Assembly (NCBI RefSeq): GCF_018977255.1
Contig: NW_024704743.1
Location: 56,856,001-56,920,000, forward strand
DNA: 64,000 bases
From: Callorhinchus milii
Taxonomy: Eukaryota
Direction of reading: 5' to 3'
Below the pieces are notes generated by a model, which had not been told where the DNA came from, made no database searches, and saw only the letters and a program-made list of their open reading frames with translations. Position numbers and translations under genes: made by a program. Every line of letters starts with the position of its first letter. Positions within the stretch are counted from its first letter, which is position 1. Positions 22,832-35,220 of the stretch are shown here, piece after piece.

Positions 22832-23147
22832 ATTATAATAATAATAATCCTTGCATTTGATATAGCACCGTATCACATCTTTGAGATGTCTAAAAGCGCT
22901 TCACAGAATATACTGTAAAGTGAACTGACTGTATTTTTTATGGGCGAAATACGGCAGCCATTTGCACACAGCAGTGTCCCACAAACAGTCGTGGACTGAG
23001 TGACCAATTTATTAATTTTTTTTCAAGGAATTATTACCCTCAGAAAAGCGATCCGCCACTCAACTAACAACCGGGTTCTGACTTACCGTTAGGTAAGCAG
23101 AGGCATGTGGAGTAAGGAAACTTGCCCAATGTTTCACCCTGTCGGGA
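22832..23147 (-). mobile_element. Family A SINE lacking most of the head
   Basis: Collinear with the other family A copies; (AAT)n tail at the left end. Confidence 0.85.
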
Positions 23148-23314
23148 TGACGTCAGCACTCCCTAAAATCAAAGAAAAAACACTAAGTAAAACAAATATT
23201 GACAGAAATAAACAGAAATAACTCCTACGCATACAAACACTCCTTCCCTCCCTCCCAGTCCACTGCCATTGTCTCTTCCCTCAACCTGTCACTCTATATT
23301 TTACCTAAAATAAA

Positions 23315-23587
23315 ATAAAAGTAATCTTTACATTTGATATAGCTCCTTTCATGTCAGGAGAGTGTTACATGGCATTTCCCAGGATTGACTGTAAAGTGTA
23401 GTGACTGTGTATTTGTAGGCAGTAGCCAATTTACACACACCAATGTCCCACAAACAGTAATGAAGTGAATAATCAATTTTTTCTGTGAAATTGTTGGCAT
23501 GGAGAAACCAGATTTTCTTTTTGAATAGTGCCATGGGATTGTTAACATCCATCTGAATTGGCAGACGGACTTCAGTTAAATGTCTCA
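23315..23587 (-). mobile_element. Family B SINE, 3' half
   Basis: Deu motifs TAGTGCCATGGGA and AATGTCCCACAAACAG plus tail. Confidence 0.75.
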
Positions 23588-23799
23588 ATTTTCTCACTTT
23601 AGAAAGTTTCTGAAATTGCTGATCACTAATCTGACGGTTTAGGTTCACCATGGAGGCTTAAATAATGTTTCTTACCCGTTTGTGAATATGGTTAATTAGA
23701 CCTGGCTAATGTTCACTGCACCAGATTATAGCCTTGTTATTCAGTCTTAACCTCTGGTTCAAATTTGAAGGTCAGGTATGTTTTAGCTCTCGTTTAGTT

Positions 23800-24140
23800 G
23801 GAATGTCTGTCTGTCTGGTTCTACTTACTTATCCCTACCTCCCAGTCCGTACCTCCGTGTCCCTGTCTCTCTGTACCTATCTCTGTCTCGAATTCTCTAT
23901 CTCTACCTCGGCCTCTCTGTCCCTATCTTTCTATCTTCTCCTCTCTTTCCCTATTTGTCTATCACTGTCTTTCATTACTTCTCTGACCTTCTCTGCCCGT
24001 ATCTCTTTTTCTGTCTGTCACTGTCATTCACTAACTTTCTGTTCCTATTTGCCCCTATTTCACTATATTTCTGTATCTGTTTGTCCCCTTTTTTCACTGT
24101 TTCTCTGACTCTGTCTGTCTGTCCAACCCTACCTGTCAAT
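23800..24140. repeat. Degenerate CT/TCTG low-complexity tract
   Basis: Pyrimidine-rich imperfect (TCTG)n/(TC)n repeats. Confidence 0.8.
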
Positions 24141-25319
24141 CTGCATTGCATTTCATAGAGCACCTTTTCACTTCAGGAGGACTTGAAATGCTTTAAATAT
24201 CTGCGGAGGTTTATGCTGAGACTTACGGTGTAGTTCACTTGTAATTTAACAATCAATATGAAAAAGAAAAGGTTCTTTTTGATTCTTTTTGTGAGATTGG
24301 TTTCAACAACAACAACTTGCATTTATAAAGCACCCTTCACACAGGGAAGCATCCCAGAGCTGTTTCAAACAGTTTCCTCTGAAGTGAAGGTTTTGATGGA
24401 AAGAGTAATCTCTCTATCAGGGGAAGCCGTGTTTTATGGTATAACCCAGATGAAATTATACCAAGGTTCTAATTACTGAAAATTGCAAGTTTTAATAGCT
24501 TCCATAAATGACTTTATAGATTTTAAGACGATGTAGAATGCAAAACTCAATTAGTGAGGGAGCAAATATGCGTATGTCGCCTTTCCACGGAGAAGCTAAT
24601 TGATGTGTGCTCAACAGGATCCATGTGTTTCCCTACAAAGTTCCCCACCGAGTGTTCATAAACAGCATGGAGTCTCTGGTATTGAAACGGCTTGAAAAGA
24701 GTATACTGTATATTGAGCTTGATTATAAAACAAGCCTTGAATGTAATTTTAACACAACTGGAATGAACAAGATCCCCAAAGATGTTTCTAGGTCTGAAAA
24801 GTCCTTAAGCCTTTGAAGCTATGCAGAAATAAAAATCTTGCTCATTTCTTTTATACTTCTCTACTCAGCGATATACATAACTTCAATAATAATATTAAGC
24901 CTGCAGATGTAAGTTTAACATCTTTTCATTGCCTGGTTGAAGAACGCCTCTAAGCCTGTTTACCCAAAGATAATAATAATAATTCTTACATTTGATATAG
25001 TGCTTTATCATGTCTTTGAGACGTCTCAAAGCGCTTCATAGAATATACTGTAAAGTGAACTGACTGTATTTTTTATGGGCGAAACACAGCAGTCATTTGC
25101 ACACAGCAGTGTCCCACAAACAGTCGTGGATTTTTTTTTAATACTATTTTTAAGATTTCAGGAGTACTGAGTCTAATACATATGAGAAAAAATGCTACCT
25201 TTGTTTTCCTGCAAACTACAGGAAATTAATTCTTTCTGACCACAAAGTCTCCAATTCTCATCTGCAGTAAACAAACTGATATAACATAATAATAATCCTT
25301 GTGTTTAATATAGCACCTT

Positions 25320-25620
25320 ATACAATACAAAATTCCATTTTTATAGTGCCATTTACATCTGGAGGACATCCCACAGCACTGGACAGTCAAGGATTTGGAC
25401 CTGAGCTGGCGGGGTGGGGTTGGGATTAGGGAGGGTGGAGGTTGGCCAAAGGCGTGGTCGAAGAGGAGGGTCTTAAGACATGCCTTGAAGGAGACGAAGG
25501 AGGGAGCGAGGTGAAGGGAATGTGGGATGGAATTCCAAATGGTATGGGCAGAAAGGCTGAAGGCGGGGCACATGGAGCAGGCTGGAGCCAGATGAGCAGA
25601 GGGAGCGGACAGGTTCATAC
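25320..25620 (-). mobile_element. Older L2 3' fragment
   Basis: Minus ORF WNSIPHSLHLAPS...FKACLKTLLFDHAF plus tail. Confidence 0.8.
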
Positions 25621-25624
25621 GTGA

Positions 25625-26211
25625 TACAATTATCATATCATTGAAATGTCTCAAAGTGCTTCACATGATTTACTATAGGTGAATGTGGCAGCCAATTTGC
25701 AGACAGCAATGTACCACACACAGCCATAGAGTGAGTGATCACTTTTATTGGGGGCGTTGTTGGCAGGACACTGGGAGAAACTCCCTTCTTTGTCAAATAG
25801 TGCCATGGAATCTTTAGTTTCCACCTAAGCAGGCAGAGGGGACCTTGGTTTAATTTATCATCTGAACGACAGCACTTCCAACAATGCAGCACCAACCAGT
25901 ACTACATTAAAATTAAACAAAACAAAAAAAACTGCAGATGCTGGAAATCTGAAACAAAGACAGAAGTCGCTGCGAACACTCAGCAGGTCAGGCAGCATCT
26001 ATGGAGAAAGGAAAGTGAGTTAACGTTTCGGGTCCACAACCTTTCGATAGATGCTGCCTGACCTGCTGAGTGTTTCCCAACGACTTCTGTTTTTGTACTA
26101 CATTAAGATTGTCAGCCAAGACCACATTGAGTCTAAATCCTGATGTGGGACTTGAACCCACAATCTTCTGACTCAGAGGCAAGAATGTTACAAGCTGAGC
26201 CAGACTGACAC
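25625..26211 (-). mobile_element. Family B SINE interrupted by a Penelope-like element
   Basis: Head at 26140-26211 (TTCTGACTCAGAGGC...CTGAGCCAGACTGACACA); Deu body at 25680-25900. Confidence 0.8.
25915..26094. mobile_element. Penelope-like palindromic element, centre deleted, 16-bp TSD
   Basis: Same arms as 2612-2840; GTACTACATTAARATT at 25899-25914 and 26095-26110. Confidence 0.75.
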
Positions 26212-26287
26212 AAAATGATAATTTCGGTGTGGATTGACTTTATATTTGTGCGTGAAAAGAAAAATTATTCTTGGCCATTTAGTAAAT

Positions 26288-29200
26288 AGTCAGGAGCGGA
26301 GTCAGGAGAGCATGGGGCGCAGCCGAGGCCAAGCTGCCGCTTAGTTGGGAGCGGGGGGGGTGGTAAGTGAGGGGTGGCGCTGATTCACAAAGTGACGTTG
26401 GCAAGACCTCATAATTAAACAACAGCAATGTCCTGGCAGCCCTGTCACTGCCATCCCGGCCATGACCACACAGCCTGAGGGCTGATGCCATCCCGCTGAT
26501 TGCTCGCTCCCGATCTCTGTGTGCTCGCTTTGGCTGCCGCCCTGACCCGAGCCTCCCCCTCCACTCTAAATGTCTCTCCTCCCAGCCCCCCTCTATCCGC
26601 TATTCCCATTCTGTCCTTCTCTCCCACCACCCTCCCCGGCTTCTCTCTCTCCTCGACCCCATCACCACTTCTCTCTGCTCCAGCCTGGGCATCCTCTGCC
26701 GGGCCCATCGTGGCTCCCGGCACTGGCTGTCCCAGATCAGCAATGCCACGTGACCCATCATTCATTCCCTCCTCACAAACCGCCTCCTTAAGGCAAAGAC
26801 AACTTCCCCCTCCCTCATATGTAGCCTCCCCGACTCTCCACTCCCACCACTCTCCACAACCATCTCTCCTGTACATCCCAAAATCCTCTCCGCACCACTC
26901 TCTCCTCCCTCTCCTCCCTCCCCTCCCTCCAACAAACCCACCCGCATTTCCCTCCAAAATGTCTGTTCCCTCTCAAACAAAGCCCTCACCATCCATAACC
27001 TCATCCTGGACGAGCACCTTGACATTCTTGGGCTCACAGAAACCTGGCTCTCCCCCAATGACCCTGTCCCCTTAGTTGAAGCCTCCCCTCCAGGCTACAC
27101 CTTCCACCACACCGCCCATCCAACCAACGTGGCGGCGAGGTGGCCTTAATTTCCAAAGCCTCCCTTGGTCTTACCCCGTACTCCTCTGGCTGCTTCCCCT
27201 CCTTTGAGCACCTCACCCTCTTCCACCCCTCTCTCCCATTGAAAATCCTCCTTGTCTACCATCCCTCCTAAGCTCCCCGGCTCCTTCCACACAGACATCT
27301 CTACTCTCCTCTCTTCCCTGTCCCTCTGCTCCGAGCGCCTGCTCACACTGGGCAATTTCAAACGCCACCTAAACTCCACTTGCTTTACTTGCCAATTTCA
27401 CTGCCCTTCTCTCCTCCCTAAACCTCACCCTTCATATAAATTCACCCACCCACAACCGTGGCCATGCACTTGACCTCATTATCACCCACGACCTTGACAT
27501 TTCCAACATTTCCGACCTCAGCATAGTGGACAAGGCCATCTCGGACCACTTCCTCATCTCCTTCTCCTCTCACATCACTCCATCCCCCACCAAGCCCTCA
27601 ACCATCCTCTACCGCCCTTGGAAAAGGCTACCCCCTGAGCCCCTCACAAAGGCCTCACATCATCAAACATCCTATCCATCCAGCTGCTCCATGATTGCTT
27701 CTCCTCCACCTTCAACTCCCTCGTCCCCCTGAAATCCAGGACCATCTCCAAACCCACCCATTCCCCCCGGTACAACAATCATCTCCGCTGCCAAAAAACC
27801 CAAACCCAGTTGCTCAAGCGCAGATGGTGGAAAACTGGCCTGACAGTTCACCCTCAACAGTGGCTCGAGCATCTCCACAGCTACCATGGTTCTTTGACAC
27901 ACGCAAATACGGCCTTCTACTCCAACATCATCTTGGAGGCTAAACACAACCTGAAAGTCCTTCTTTCCACCACCCACTACCTCCTCTGTGCCCCCCCTCA
28001 GGCCTCCTCAATCTTCATATCAAATGCCAAGTGCGAGGAGGTCATGAACTTCTTTTCATCCAAAATACATAACATCCACCAGGCAGCCTCATCCACCTGC
28101 CCCTTGTCACCCACCACCACACCCTCTCTGCCTGCTCACCCTCCCCATCATTTGCTCCTACCACCATCCCCATCCTACATTCCTTCCTCCCCATCTCTCC
28201 CTCCTCCCTCTCACCCACCATCACCTCCATGAAACCCATCACCTGCTGTCTCGACCCCCTCCCCACCAACTTGCTGGTCACCCAGCTCCCCCTCCTCTGC
28301 CCACTACTGGCTGACGTCATCAACCAGTCCCTCTCCTCCTGATCAGTCCCTGCCCTCCTCAAAACTGCTGTCATCACCTCTCTCCTTAAAAAACCTTCCC
28401 TAGATCCGTCAAACCCCAACCACTACCACCCCATTTCTAACCTGCCCTTCCTCGCAAAAGTCCTAGAATGCGTTGTTGTCAACCAACTTCACGCACACCT
28501 CTCCTCCCACTCCCTCTTCGAACCCCTCCAGTCTGGTTTCCGTCCTGCCCACAGTACAGAGAAAGTGAAAGTCACAAACGACATCCTCGCTATCTGTGAC
28601 CAGGGCTCCCTCTGCCTCTTTGTCCTCCTGGACCTCTCCGCCGCGTTCGACACAGTCGATCACGCCATCCTCCTCTGCCGCCTTTCCTCCATCATCCATC
28701 TCAATGGGACCGCACTCGCCTGGTTCGAGTCCTACCTCACAAACCGCCAGCAGTACATCTGCACAAATGGTTTCTCCTCCCGCTCTTACCCAGTCACCTG
28801 CGGGGTACCCCAACGATCCATCCTTGGCCCCCTCCTCTTTCTGATCTACATGGTCCCTCTTGGAGATGTCATCCGAAGACATTCGGTACACTTCCACATG
28901 TATGCAGACAACACCCAACTCTATTTTTCCACCTCTCTTTGCGACCCCCCAGTCCCCTGATGTTCTGTCAGCCTGCCTGTCAGATCTCAGGGGCTGGATG
29001 AGCGCAAATTTCCTTCAGCTGAACGTTGACAAGACGGAAGCCATACTCTTTGACTCTCGTCAACGTCTAAAATCTCAAGATTCTCACCTCCTCCACCTAC
29101 CGGACCTCTCCCTAAAACTCTCCGAACCCGTTCGCAACCTAGGCATCAGATTCGACCTCCAATTATCCTTCCTCCCCCACATCCGGTCCCTCAACAACAC

Positions 29201-29692
29201 CGCTTTCTTCCACCTCCGACGCATCGTCTATCTCTGCCAATACCTCTCTCCGAAAGCCGCTGAAACTCTGGTCCATACCTTTGTCACCTCTCAGCTGGAC
29301 TATTCTAATGCCCTCCTCGCCCGTCTCCCATCCACTTCCATCCACAAAATCCAGATTATTCAAAACTTTGCCGACCACATTCTCGCCCGCACAAAACTCC
29401 GCTCCCCGATTACCCCAGTCCTTGCCAGACTGCACTGGCTGCCTGTCTCTGCTCAAAACAGTGCCTTCATTCCTCCAGGTCTGGCCTCCTCCTTGTCCCC
29501 ATGAGTCCCCCGCTCCACCCTTGGCGGCCGTGCCTTCAGCCACTACGCCCCGAGGCTCTGGAACTCCCTTCCGAACTCCCTTCGCCTCGCCCCCTCTCTT
29601 CCTATTTTCAGGTCTCTGCTGAAGACCTTTCTTTCGACTATAAAGGGTGCTATATATTTTGAGGCCGCTATATAAATCCAAATTGTTGTGTT
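26288..29692 (+). mobile_element. Apparently full-length decayed L2 (APE endonuclease + RT), ~3.4 kb
   Basis: Read across frameshifts: SLQNVCSLSNK...LGLTETWL (~26950-27050), AISDHF (~27535), [22 protein letters not shown]; remnant TTG tail; GTAAAT on both sides (26282-26287, 29693-29698). Confidence 0.9.
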
Positions 29693-30294
29693 GTAAATCC
29701 AATGAAAATTCACAACAAACGCAGATTTGCCATCCGTTTAAAGGGACCTGTGCCGTGCCTAGTGCATGCCTTTCATTGTGGCTATTGTGAGTTCCCGACT
29801 GGCCAAAACCAACCATTTATTTCATTTTTCTTAATCTTCTTAGCACTAATTGGCAAATTTAATATATTGCTGCTGCCTAGTGAACTTTATGCATTGCTGC
29901 GAACATTACGATGAGCTGAAGCAGTCTGTGGAATGTGTTTGCTCTAAAGTCTGTCTTTGTCCTTCAAAGATTTCACTAAGGCGAAGACGCCTGGCTTGTA
30001 AACTGTTGTACGTGCCCAAGAAATGGAAATGAAATACTGCTTTGGAGATAATGCTACTGCTTAGTTGGTCTAATGACAGCCTCCATTAGCAGTGTGGAAA
30101 GGGGCATAAACTGAAAAATGAACCCGCAATTCGACCTCTTCAATTTCTCGAAATCACATCACACAGAAGTAGCTCGAAAGAATTGCAGGATATAAAAATG
30201 TCTGTGTAGCACAATATTGGATGCTGAATCCTTGAGCACAAAATAATATGAGATTGGTTTGCCAATTAAATGTCTGGCATAGACAGTTCCAACC

Positions 30295-30849
30295 ATATTA
30301 CTCCTTGCATATGATATACCAACCTTTTACATCAGGAGAATGTCTCAAAGCACTTCACAGAATTTACCTGTAAAATGCAGTGACTATATTTTGTAAACAG
30401 ACGCAGCAGCCAATTTATGCACAACAATATCCCACAGTCAGTGATGAAGTGAATGACTAATTTTATTTGGAGGATTGTTGGCCAAAATATCAGGAGAAAC
30501 ATTATTTTCTTTTTGAATAGTGCCATAGGATCTTTAAGGTCCAACTGAACAAGCAGACAGGCCCCAGTTTATCAGCTCAACTGAAGGATAGCACATCCAG
30601 CAATGCAGCACTCCCCCAGCACTGTATTGGGACGTCCTCCTGACCTGAAAGGTGCTATATAAATGTAATTTCTTGTTGTTGGAATGTCTGTCTCGAATTT
30701 GAGCTGAAAATCCTGACTTGGAGCTTGAATAATAATAATAATAATAGTAATAATAATAATAATCATTGCGTTTGATATTTGATATTGTATTTGAACACAG
30801 AACGTCTGACTCACAGGCGAGAGTGCTATCAACTGAGCTAGGCTGACAT
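30295..30849 (-). mobile_element. Family B SINE with small internal insertions
   Basis: Head at 30795-30849, Deu body and tail; contains an L2 tail (30631-30678) and a short SINE tail (~30728-30780). Confidence 0.8.
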
Positions 30850-32896
30850 CTCTCATTCAATTTCAGCGGGGGAGGAGGTGCAAAGTGAAGGCTTCTCCAC
30901 AGGGAAGGAGAGAATGAAAGGGAAAGTCACTTCCTACTTTTCCCTTGAGCTGTATTTTAAAACAACACTGGCATAGGCCTAAAGTGAGCTCACTTTATCA
31001 TCCACTTTACCAAAGTTCAGTGCATGGGAGGAAAATAAAGGGAAGGAAATATCTTACCAAACTAAAACACAGCGATGAAGAGCAGGGAAAAAATCAACAC
31101 AAATGTAAAACAAAAACAGTGCATAAAAAGTGGTGAAACATGAAGGAAATTATCTCACACACTTATATCCTGTGTGGGGCTTAAAAGAAAAACATTTTTT
31201 TCCACTGGAGATAGCAGTCTGCTGTTCACTGACCTCCAAGGCCAGGACATGCTGTGCAGGCTACAACAACCTCAGAGGATTGTGTTTTGTACTACGGTTT
31301 GCTTCCTGAGAAAAGTGCCAGGTTATGGCAATAATAATCAACATCGAGCCAGCAAAGTGCTGCAATAACAAATCTAGCTCAAGCTGAATATCAAAATGAG
31401 AATTTTTTAACCAAAGTTTCCTTCTTGCTTGAGGCTGAATTTAACATGCACCTGCTGCCACTGACGTTAAGGCAGAATGATGGAATTAATACACATGACT
31501 TGCGCAGAGCCTAAATATCTTAGCAATGTAGTTTCAAATTTCGACTCTATCTAATTGTTTCTCTTTTATCCACTAAGAGGGAAAGCATGGAGGGCAACAG
31601 CTGCAACAGCTGTTTGCCTCTGTGTCTCCTGTAATTGGCTCTGCCCCCCTCCTGAGGGGACACTCACTGTTAAGCAGAATGCGGGTGGGTCCATTTTTTC
31701 CAAAATGTCACTCACACCGGTTCGGCAAGTTTGAATGCTGATCACCAACAGGATCAAACCTGCATCAACAACAGTGCGAGCTGTGGCAGCATAGTTGTAC
31801 AATGATCCCTTCACATGAACGGGAGAACGTGTCAAGTGACAAGGCAGATTTATCACCAGTCTCGTGACTTTCTCCACTGAGTAGCAGAGAGACAGAAGCA
31901 TCAAGGTTCCATTCTGCTATTTGGTCATTTGGGTGACCACTGAAGTTGCAACCATAAATCCAGCCACTCCAAACCACTTCCAAATGAGGCAAATCTCATT
32001 TCTATGTGCTCAGCTATTGATTTAACGCATTCCATTCCAGCAAACTAGAAGATGCAAACAACTTGAGATGGTTAGGGTAGGATTTTTTTTTCTATTTTAA
32101 TATCCACATGTGTGGCACTCTGCATAAATGTTACTATGCAACCAGAGTAAAGTCATTTTGTCTATGACCTTTATAGCGTATGATCTATATTCCACTAATA
32201 GAAAAGCATTCATGTGTATTATTACATTTGCTTAAAAATCCTAAAAAAATGTGTTAACAAAAGAGGGGAATGTTCAACTATACTTAACCACTGCAGTGGT
32301 TAGCTCCTCAGGGACATTTCTGCAATGCATTGCTCTGTGTTTTTACATTATGTAGCATAACAAGAAGGTTACAGTCAGGGGCAAAACTGAGTGTGGTGGA
32401 TGCTGACAGCAGAAAGACCAGGGGAATTTGTGCTATGTTGCTGATGGGCAAGTCTAAATCCTTCCCATGGCAGGCTTCCCTGAGGACTTAGCTGAACTAC
32501 TTTATACATTGAAGAAAACATCATTGCATTTCTGAAGAAAATGTTGCCTTTTTCTAAGATAAGACAATTGATTGTGGCTCACTTCTCAAGGTGAAACCAG
32601 TGAGATTTTGTGAGAAAGTAAAGACAGATTTCCGACCCATTGAAATGATGAGTTACATTTTCCCAATTATTAATGAGTTTGACTGGGCATAAATTCAACT
32701 CGACAGCTCTGTTGATGCTTTATGCTCAACAGGACCCACATGTTTCCTAAAGTTTCCTGTCAAGCGCTTGTAAACAGGAGCAAAGACCCTGCAATTGAAA
32801 CTGAATGTGATGACCACAGTTTATTTTGCTTATTAAAAAATAAAGTCCCTATTACCATAGAGAATGCGTGCTGCAATCACAGGCATCTGCCCGATT

Positions 32897-33249
32897 AATA
32901 ATAATCCTTATATTTGGTATAGCACCTTTCATGTCAGGAGGACATTCCAAAGCACTTCACAGGACATACTGTAAAGTGTAGTTCATTGACTATTTTGTGG
33001 GCAAAAGCAGAAACCAATTTTGCAAACAACAATGTCCAACAAATAGCCATGAAGTGAATAATTAATTTTATTTGGGGGATTGTTGAGCAGAACATTGAGA
33101 GAAATTCTTTTCAAAATAGTGCTTGGTTTAAATCCAAAGGACAGCACTGCATTGAACTGTCAGCTAGACTATAATAGTCCAAGTCCCGATATGGGTCGTG
33201 AGCCCATAACCTTTTGACTCAGAGGCAAGAGAGCTATTAGGCTGACACA
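32897..33249 (-). mobile_element. Family B SINE
   Basis: Tail AATAATAATCCTTATATTTG, Deu segment, head TGACTCAGAGGCAAGAG...GGCTGACACA. Confidence 0.8.
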
Positions 33250-34287
33250 ATCAGCTGGTTCATTTACCTTCCCTGTTCACCTATAGATGCACAGTCACTA
33301 CACTTTACAGAAATTCTGTGAAGTGCTTTATGACATGATATAGCATAATATCAAATCATTATCTATCTCCATGTATACATTCTGATTGTGTATTGACTGA
33401 AGCACCAGAGTACCCTTCACTTGAAAGGTTAATGCCAAATATTTGTGCAGAGCAAAAAATACAGACCCACATCAGAGTGTAGATCAAACAGATTTATTCA
33501 CAAAGCACACTATAAATGTAATAGCCTCCTAGCAGCAGACAACAAAGACTTCCTGTAATTCTAGTAAGTAAATTACCCAAATCCCCATTGTTATACTTTC
33601 ATGGGGTACCTTGAAGCCCATCAGGAAACTCTACTTCCCGCAAATCTAGCCTAATTAAAGAAAGCCACTTTAGCCCAGGGATAAGTTTGCTTGTCCCCAG
33701 CCTTTTCCTGTGGTTAAGAAATTTATGGACCTTAACAGTGTGAACTCATAATTGGATGTTTCCATTATGCACTCACTTACCATGGTTGATAAATTTATAG
33801 ACCAAAGGAGAATAAGATGCTTCCACTCGCCAAGGTCTGTAAATCTACCAAGTCCAGGAAACAACCCCCAATGTATAGTATTTTAGCATTTCGAGGGCAG
33901 ATCGCCAACCATTTTTGTTTAATTGAAAAATAAATCAGGAAGCCATTCTTATTTTAAATCAATCCCAAACTAATATGACTGTTTAAAGACTCCAGTTATA
34001 ATATAACTAATAAAATATCAAGGGTGGTCTTCGCACCTGGTGGAAGTTTCAATTGATACAATATGTCGAAACAGAAATTATAATAATATATAATAATCTT
34101 TGCATTTGATATAATATATCAATTTAACATGTTGTTGAAACATCTCAAAGCGTCAACGCAGCAAATCCCCAGCAACGCATTATGGGATCAGAGTCCTAAT
34201 GTGGGGCTTGAGCCCACCACCCTCTGACTCAGGCAAGAGTGCTGCCAACTGAGCCAGGCTGATACACATACACTATGCCACTCTTGA

Positions 34288-34540
34288 ACCATAGAAATTT
34301 ACAGCATAGAAGAAGGCCGTTCAGCCCATCATTGTCTAGCTCTTTGAAAGACAAATCCATCGTCACATTCACATTTTACTGCCTTTTCCCCATATCCCTG
34401 CAGGTTATTCTTCTTTAGATATTTATCCAGTTCCCTCTTGAAATGAATATGAATCCTGTCTCTGCCACTGCACATGGAAAGGAATTCCACATCCTGACAA
34501 CTCTCTGTGCAAAACAACTTCTCCTAATTTACCTCTGTGA
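34288..34540 (-). mobile_element. CR1 LINE 3' end
   Basis: ACCATAGAAATTTACAGCATAGAAGAAGGCCGTTCAGCCCATC terminus; minus ORF FKRELDKYL. Confidence 0.8.
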
Positions 34541-34672
34541 TCTCTTGCTACATTTCTTACAGCCACTATGCCCCCACCCTCTGGAACTCCATTCCCCAGT
34601 CCCTCAACCTCGCCCCTTCCTTGCCTCCTGCAAGACCGGTCTCACGATCCTCTTTTTCAACTGTGCCAATAT

Positions 34673-34804
34673 TGAAGGGTCGTGGACCCGAAACGTTGAC
34701 TTACTCTCCTTTATCCATAGTTGCCTCCTGACCTGCTTAGTATTTCCAGGACCATCTGTTTTTGTTTCAGATTTCCAGCATCTGCAATATTTTGTGTTTT
34801 GTTT
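34673..34804 (+). mobile_element. Single arm of the Penelope-like element
   Basis: TGAAGGGTCGTGGACCCGAAACGTTGACT...TTTCAGATTTCCAGCATCTGCA matches the arm at 2612-2752. Confidence 0.8.
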
Positions 34805-35220
34805 GCTTAATTTTCTTATTTCTTAATCAAGTTTATTTCTCCTATACCTTTTCTATCTTATGCTTAAGAATCTTCCATTGTTGCTCAACATCTTTGGTTG
34901 TCAATTTGCCCATCCAGTCTATCTCAGCTAGCTCATTGCTCATACTGTTTTATTATACTTTAGGAGCTAGAGCCCAACATTAAATTCACTGCTATTGATG
35001 TTACAAGGATCAATGTGATTGCTTATTTCCGCTTTAATAACTGGTGTGAGTAATTTCAGTGATGTAACAGCATAGGTGTTATAATCCCCCAAATAAATGT
35101 AGTCACTCATTCCATGGCTTCTTTGCGAGTTTTGTGGTGTGCAAATTGCCTGCCGATACTCACTGCCAAGACTAACACATGAACAATGGACACTTGAGCA
35201 GCATACCGGAGGGTCTAGGA

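Noticed and set aside
23734..24158. Hydrophobic Leu/Ser/Cys-rich ORFs
   Set aside because: Translation of a CT-rich microsatellite tract.
26500..27075. 191-aa Pro/Ser-rich ORF as L2 ORF1 or a secreted protein
   Set aside because: Low-complexity translation of C-rich DNA overlapping the endonuclease region out of frame; no ORF1 motif recognised.
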